A stretch of DNA of 64,000 nucleotides, from positions 271,374,001 to 271,438,000 of the forward strand of contig OZ024743.1 of NCBI GenBank assembly GCA_964016885.1, given 5' to 3'. The position numbers and the translations under genes were made by a program. Positions 61,330 through 64,000 of the stretch are shown here, in pieces (the stretch's first letter is position 1; every line of letters starts with the position of its first letter). A model generated the notes under the pieces. It made no database searches. It was not told the origin of the DNA and saw nothing but the letters and a program-made list of their open reading frames with translations. Source of the stretch: Eledone cirrhosa. Taxonomy: Eukaryota.

Positions 61330-64000
61330 TTGTTAGAGATGCCTACTGACTGTAGTAGGTTTTACTATGTATTTAGGTAAGGCGGGTCTTCTCTATTACT
61401 GAGTACCGCCAAAGGTCTCGGTCCAGTGACATTGTCTTGGAGAGGTGTAAGTGTGTGAGGTCGGAGTTTATCAGCTCGTCCCAGGTTTTTCTAGGTCTGC
61501 CTATTCCGTGGCTACCGTCTATCTTTATTGCCCTGCACTTTGTTATACAGCTATCGACTTTCATGCGCATCACGTGTCCATACCAACGTAGCCTTCTCTC
61601 GAGTAAACAACATCTGATCCCTCTTATTTCTAATTTTTTCTTTAGTTCGTTTATGCTTTGCCGTTCACGTATATTACTATTACACATCCAGCGGAGCATG
61701 CAAGCTTCGTTCCTCTCTAGTCTGCGTATATCCTCTGCACACAATGCCCAGGTCTCACTGCCATGCAACATTGCTGTTCGTATGCAGGCATCGTACAACC
61801 TGCCTTTCGTTTTTAGGGAGAACCCTTTAGCGGCTAATAGTGGTATAAGCTCTCTGAACTTTTTCCATCCAGTTCTGACTCTAGCTACTGTACTTTCAGA
61901 GCACCCTCCCCCACTGCTGATTTTGTCACTCAGGTAACGGAAGCTGTCCACTATTTCTATAGAGCCCTCTGCGCAGTTGAAAGAGCTAGTATTTTGTGGG
62001 CACTTGCTGCTACTTATTGCACCAGAGCACCGGCCACATGTGAAATCTATGTTCTTAGTTAGCTTACCTGTGATCCCACTACATCTTTTATGCACCCATA
62101 CTTTGCATTTCTGACACAAAATGGAGTTTCTACCTACGCCTTTCCTACACACTGAGCATGACCATTTCCCGGAAGGGACCGCCGCCTTATTTTCTTTCCT
62201 ACAAACTAGAACTTTGGTCTTAGCCAGATTAATTTTAAGGCCTTTTGATTCTAGGCCGTGCTTCCATGTTTGGAATTTCTTCTCTAGCTCGGCCATTGAT
62301 TCAGCTATGAGTGTTAGCTCGTCTGCGTATAGGAGTTCCCATGGGCAGCCGGTCTTGAACTCCTCTGTTATAGCCTGAAGGGCAATAATAAATAGTAGGG
62401 GGCTGAGAACAGAGCCCTGATGGACGCCAACTTTTACGCTAAACTCTTCACTATATTCGTTGTTAATTTTAACCTTGCTGACTGTTTCTATACATGGCTT
62501 GTATAGCTCTCACAAGCCATTCGTCGACACCTAGTTTTCTAAGGGCCCACCAGATAATGGAACGGGGGACTCTGTCGAAGGCTTTCTCCAAGTCGACAAA
62601 AGCTAAGTAAAGGGGTTTACTTTTAGCTAGGTACTTCTCCTGTAGTTGTCGTACAATGAAAAGAGCGTCTGTCGTACTTTTGCCTGACACAAACCTGAAC
62701 TGCATTTCATCTAGGACAATTCTCTCTCTGATTAGTTGCGCTATTACTTTTTCCGTGACCTTCATGACCTGGTCGATTAATTTAATGCCTCTATAGTTAC
62801 TCCTATCTAGGGCATCTCCTTTACCCTTATAACAGTTAACGATGATGCTGCTATGCCAGTCCTTCGGAACAACCCCATTCTGTACGACTTGGTTAACTAT
62901 CTGGGTGACCATGGTGTGTCCCACCGTGCCAGAGGCCTTCAGCATCTCAGCAACTATTTCCGAAGGTCCAGCCGCCTTACCCGTCTTCATATCCTTGATT
63001 GCCTTACTTATTATACTACCCTCGACTAACACTGCTGGTCCCTCTATTGGGTCGATGTGGGGGAGACTGTCTTTCTCCCATTTATTCTCCTCATTTAGTA
63101 GCCTTTCATAGTGACACTTCCAAGCTACCTTCTTATCAGCATCGGTGATGGCAAGTACGCCGTCATCATTAAGTACACACTTCTCCCTGACAATATCACG
63201 GTTTTCCTTGACACATTGCCTAGCAATCCTGAACACCACACGTTTTTGGTCCTCGCGTTGTAGAACATGCTTGAACTTTCTTTCCTCTGCTTCCCTTCTT
63301 GCGAAGTACACTTGTCTCCTAGCTTCCCTCCTGGCCACTTGATAGTCTTCTCTACTTCCCCCATCCCGCCATACTTTCCAAGCCTGCTTTTTGGCCTTAA
63401 TTGACCCCTCCACCTTACTGTACCACCACCATGTTACTCTCCTCCTGCCTACAGGCCTGCTCCAGCCACAGACTTCGTCTGCTGCCATCAGCAGGTTTGC
63501 CTTCAGGAATTCCCACTGTCCCTCTATATTGTCCGACTCTAAATGCTCTTCCTTACTGTCGAAAGCATCAAGTAATATGCTTTGGAATTTATTTCTGGCT
63601 GTGGGGTCCTTTAGCTTCCATATTTTTCTCCTGAGGATAGTCCTCTTCTGCTGTCTAGTACGTCTCGTCCTGACTATGAGGTCGCTAATTATCAGTCTAT
63701 GTTGGGAAGTGCATTCTTCATGGAGGAGGGATTTAGTGTTTACAACAGACACTCTGTCGCGTCTTCTGGTAAGGATATAATCTACCTGGCTTATGTGTTC
63801 CCCGGATCTATAGGTGATCAGGTGATTGTCACGTTTTTTGAAGTTAGTGTTACAGATAGTTAGGTTATTTGCGTCACAGAATTCCAGGATTCTGGAGCCT
63901 TCCTCATTTTTAGTACCAAACCCATAGCCTCCATGGATTTCGTTGTAGCCGTCACAATGTTGTCCAACGTGACCATTTAGGTCGCCTGCAATAATTATAT
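61330..64000 (-). mobile_element. RTE-clade LINE ORF (APE end, RT, PHD-like Cys/His finger); runs off the window; one frameshift near 62483
   Basis: KGKGDALDRSNYRGIKL, FVDLEKAFDRVPR, GVHQGSALSP, YADE, CSVCRKGVGRNSILCQKCKVWVHKRC. Confidence 0.93.

Overview
AT-rich, intron-containing animal DNA. The SINE, MITE and LINE content resembles octopod cephalopod genomes (inference). There are two convergent spliced genes. (1) On +, the 3' ~770 codons of PWP2/UTP1 (WD40 SSU-processome protein) in 13 exons, 687-26583. It has a U12-type minor intron and an intron with duplicated donor and acceptor. (2) On -, an 11-exon, ~480-codon gene (58512->27918, 5' end not found) with two ankyrin-like ZU5 domains and two death domains; all splice phases chain without a stop. 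Introns and flanks are filled with tRNA-derived SINEs, piggyBac- and mariner-like MITEs, a Helitron, a hAT remnant, RTE, Dong/R4 and Penelope retroelements, a 28S rRNA fragment and several tandem arrays. The most unusual signals are RNA-level: a ~650-bp minisatellite of consensus 5' splice sites behind a real donor, a ~510-nt AG-free zone implying a distant branch point, and three hammerhead-ribozyme motifs, two of them sense to host pre-mRNAs. All coordinates and translations were derived by hand; repeat boundaries are approximate.
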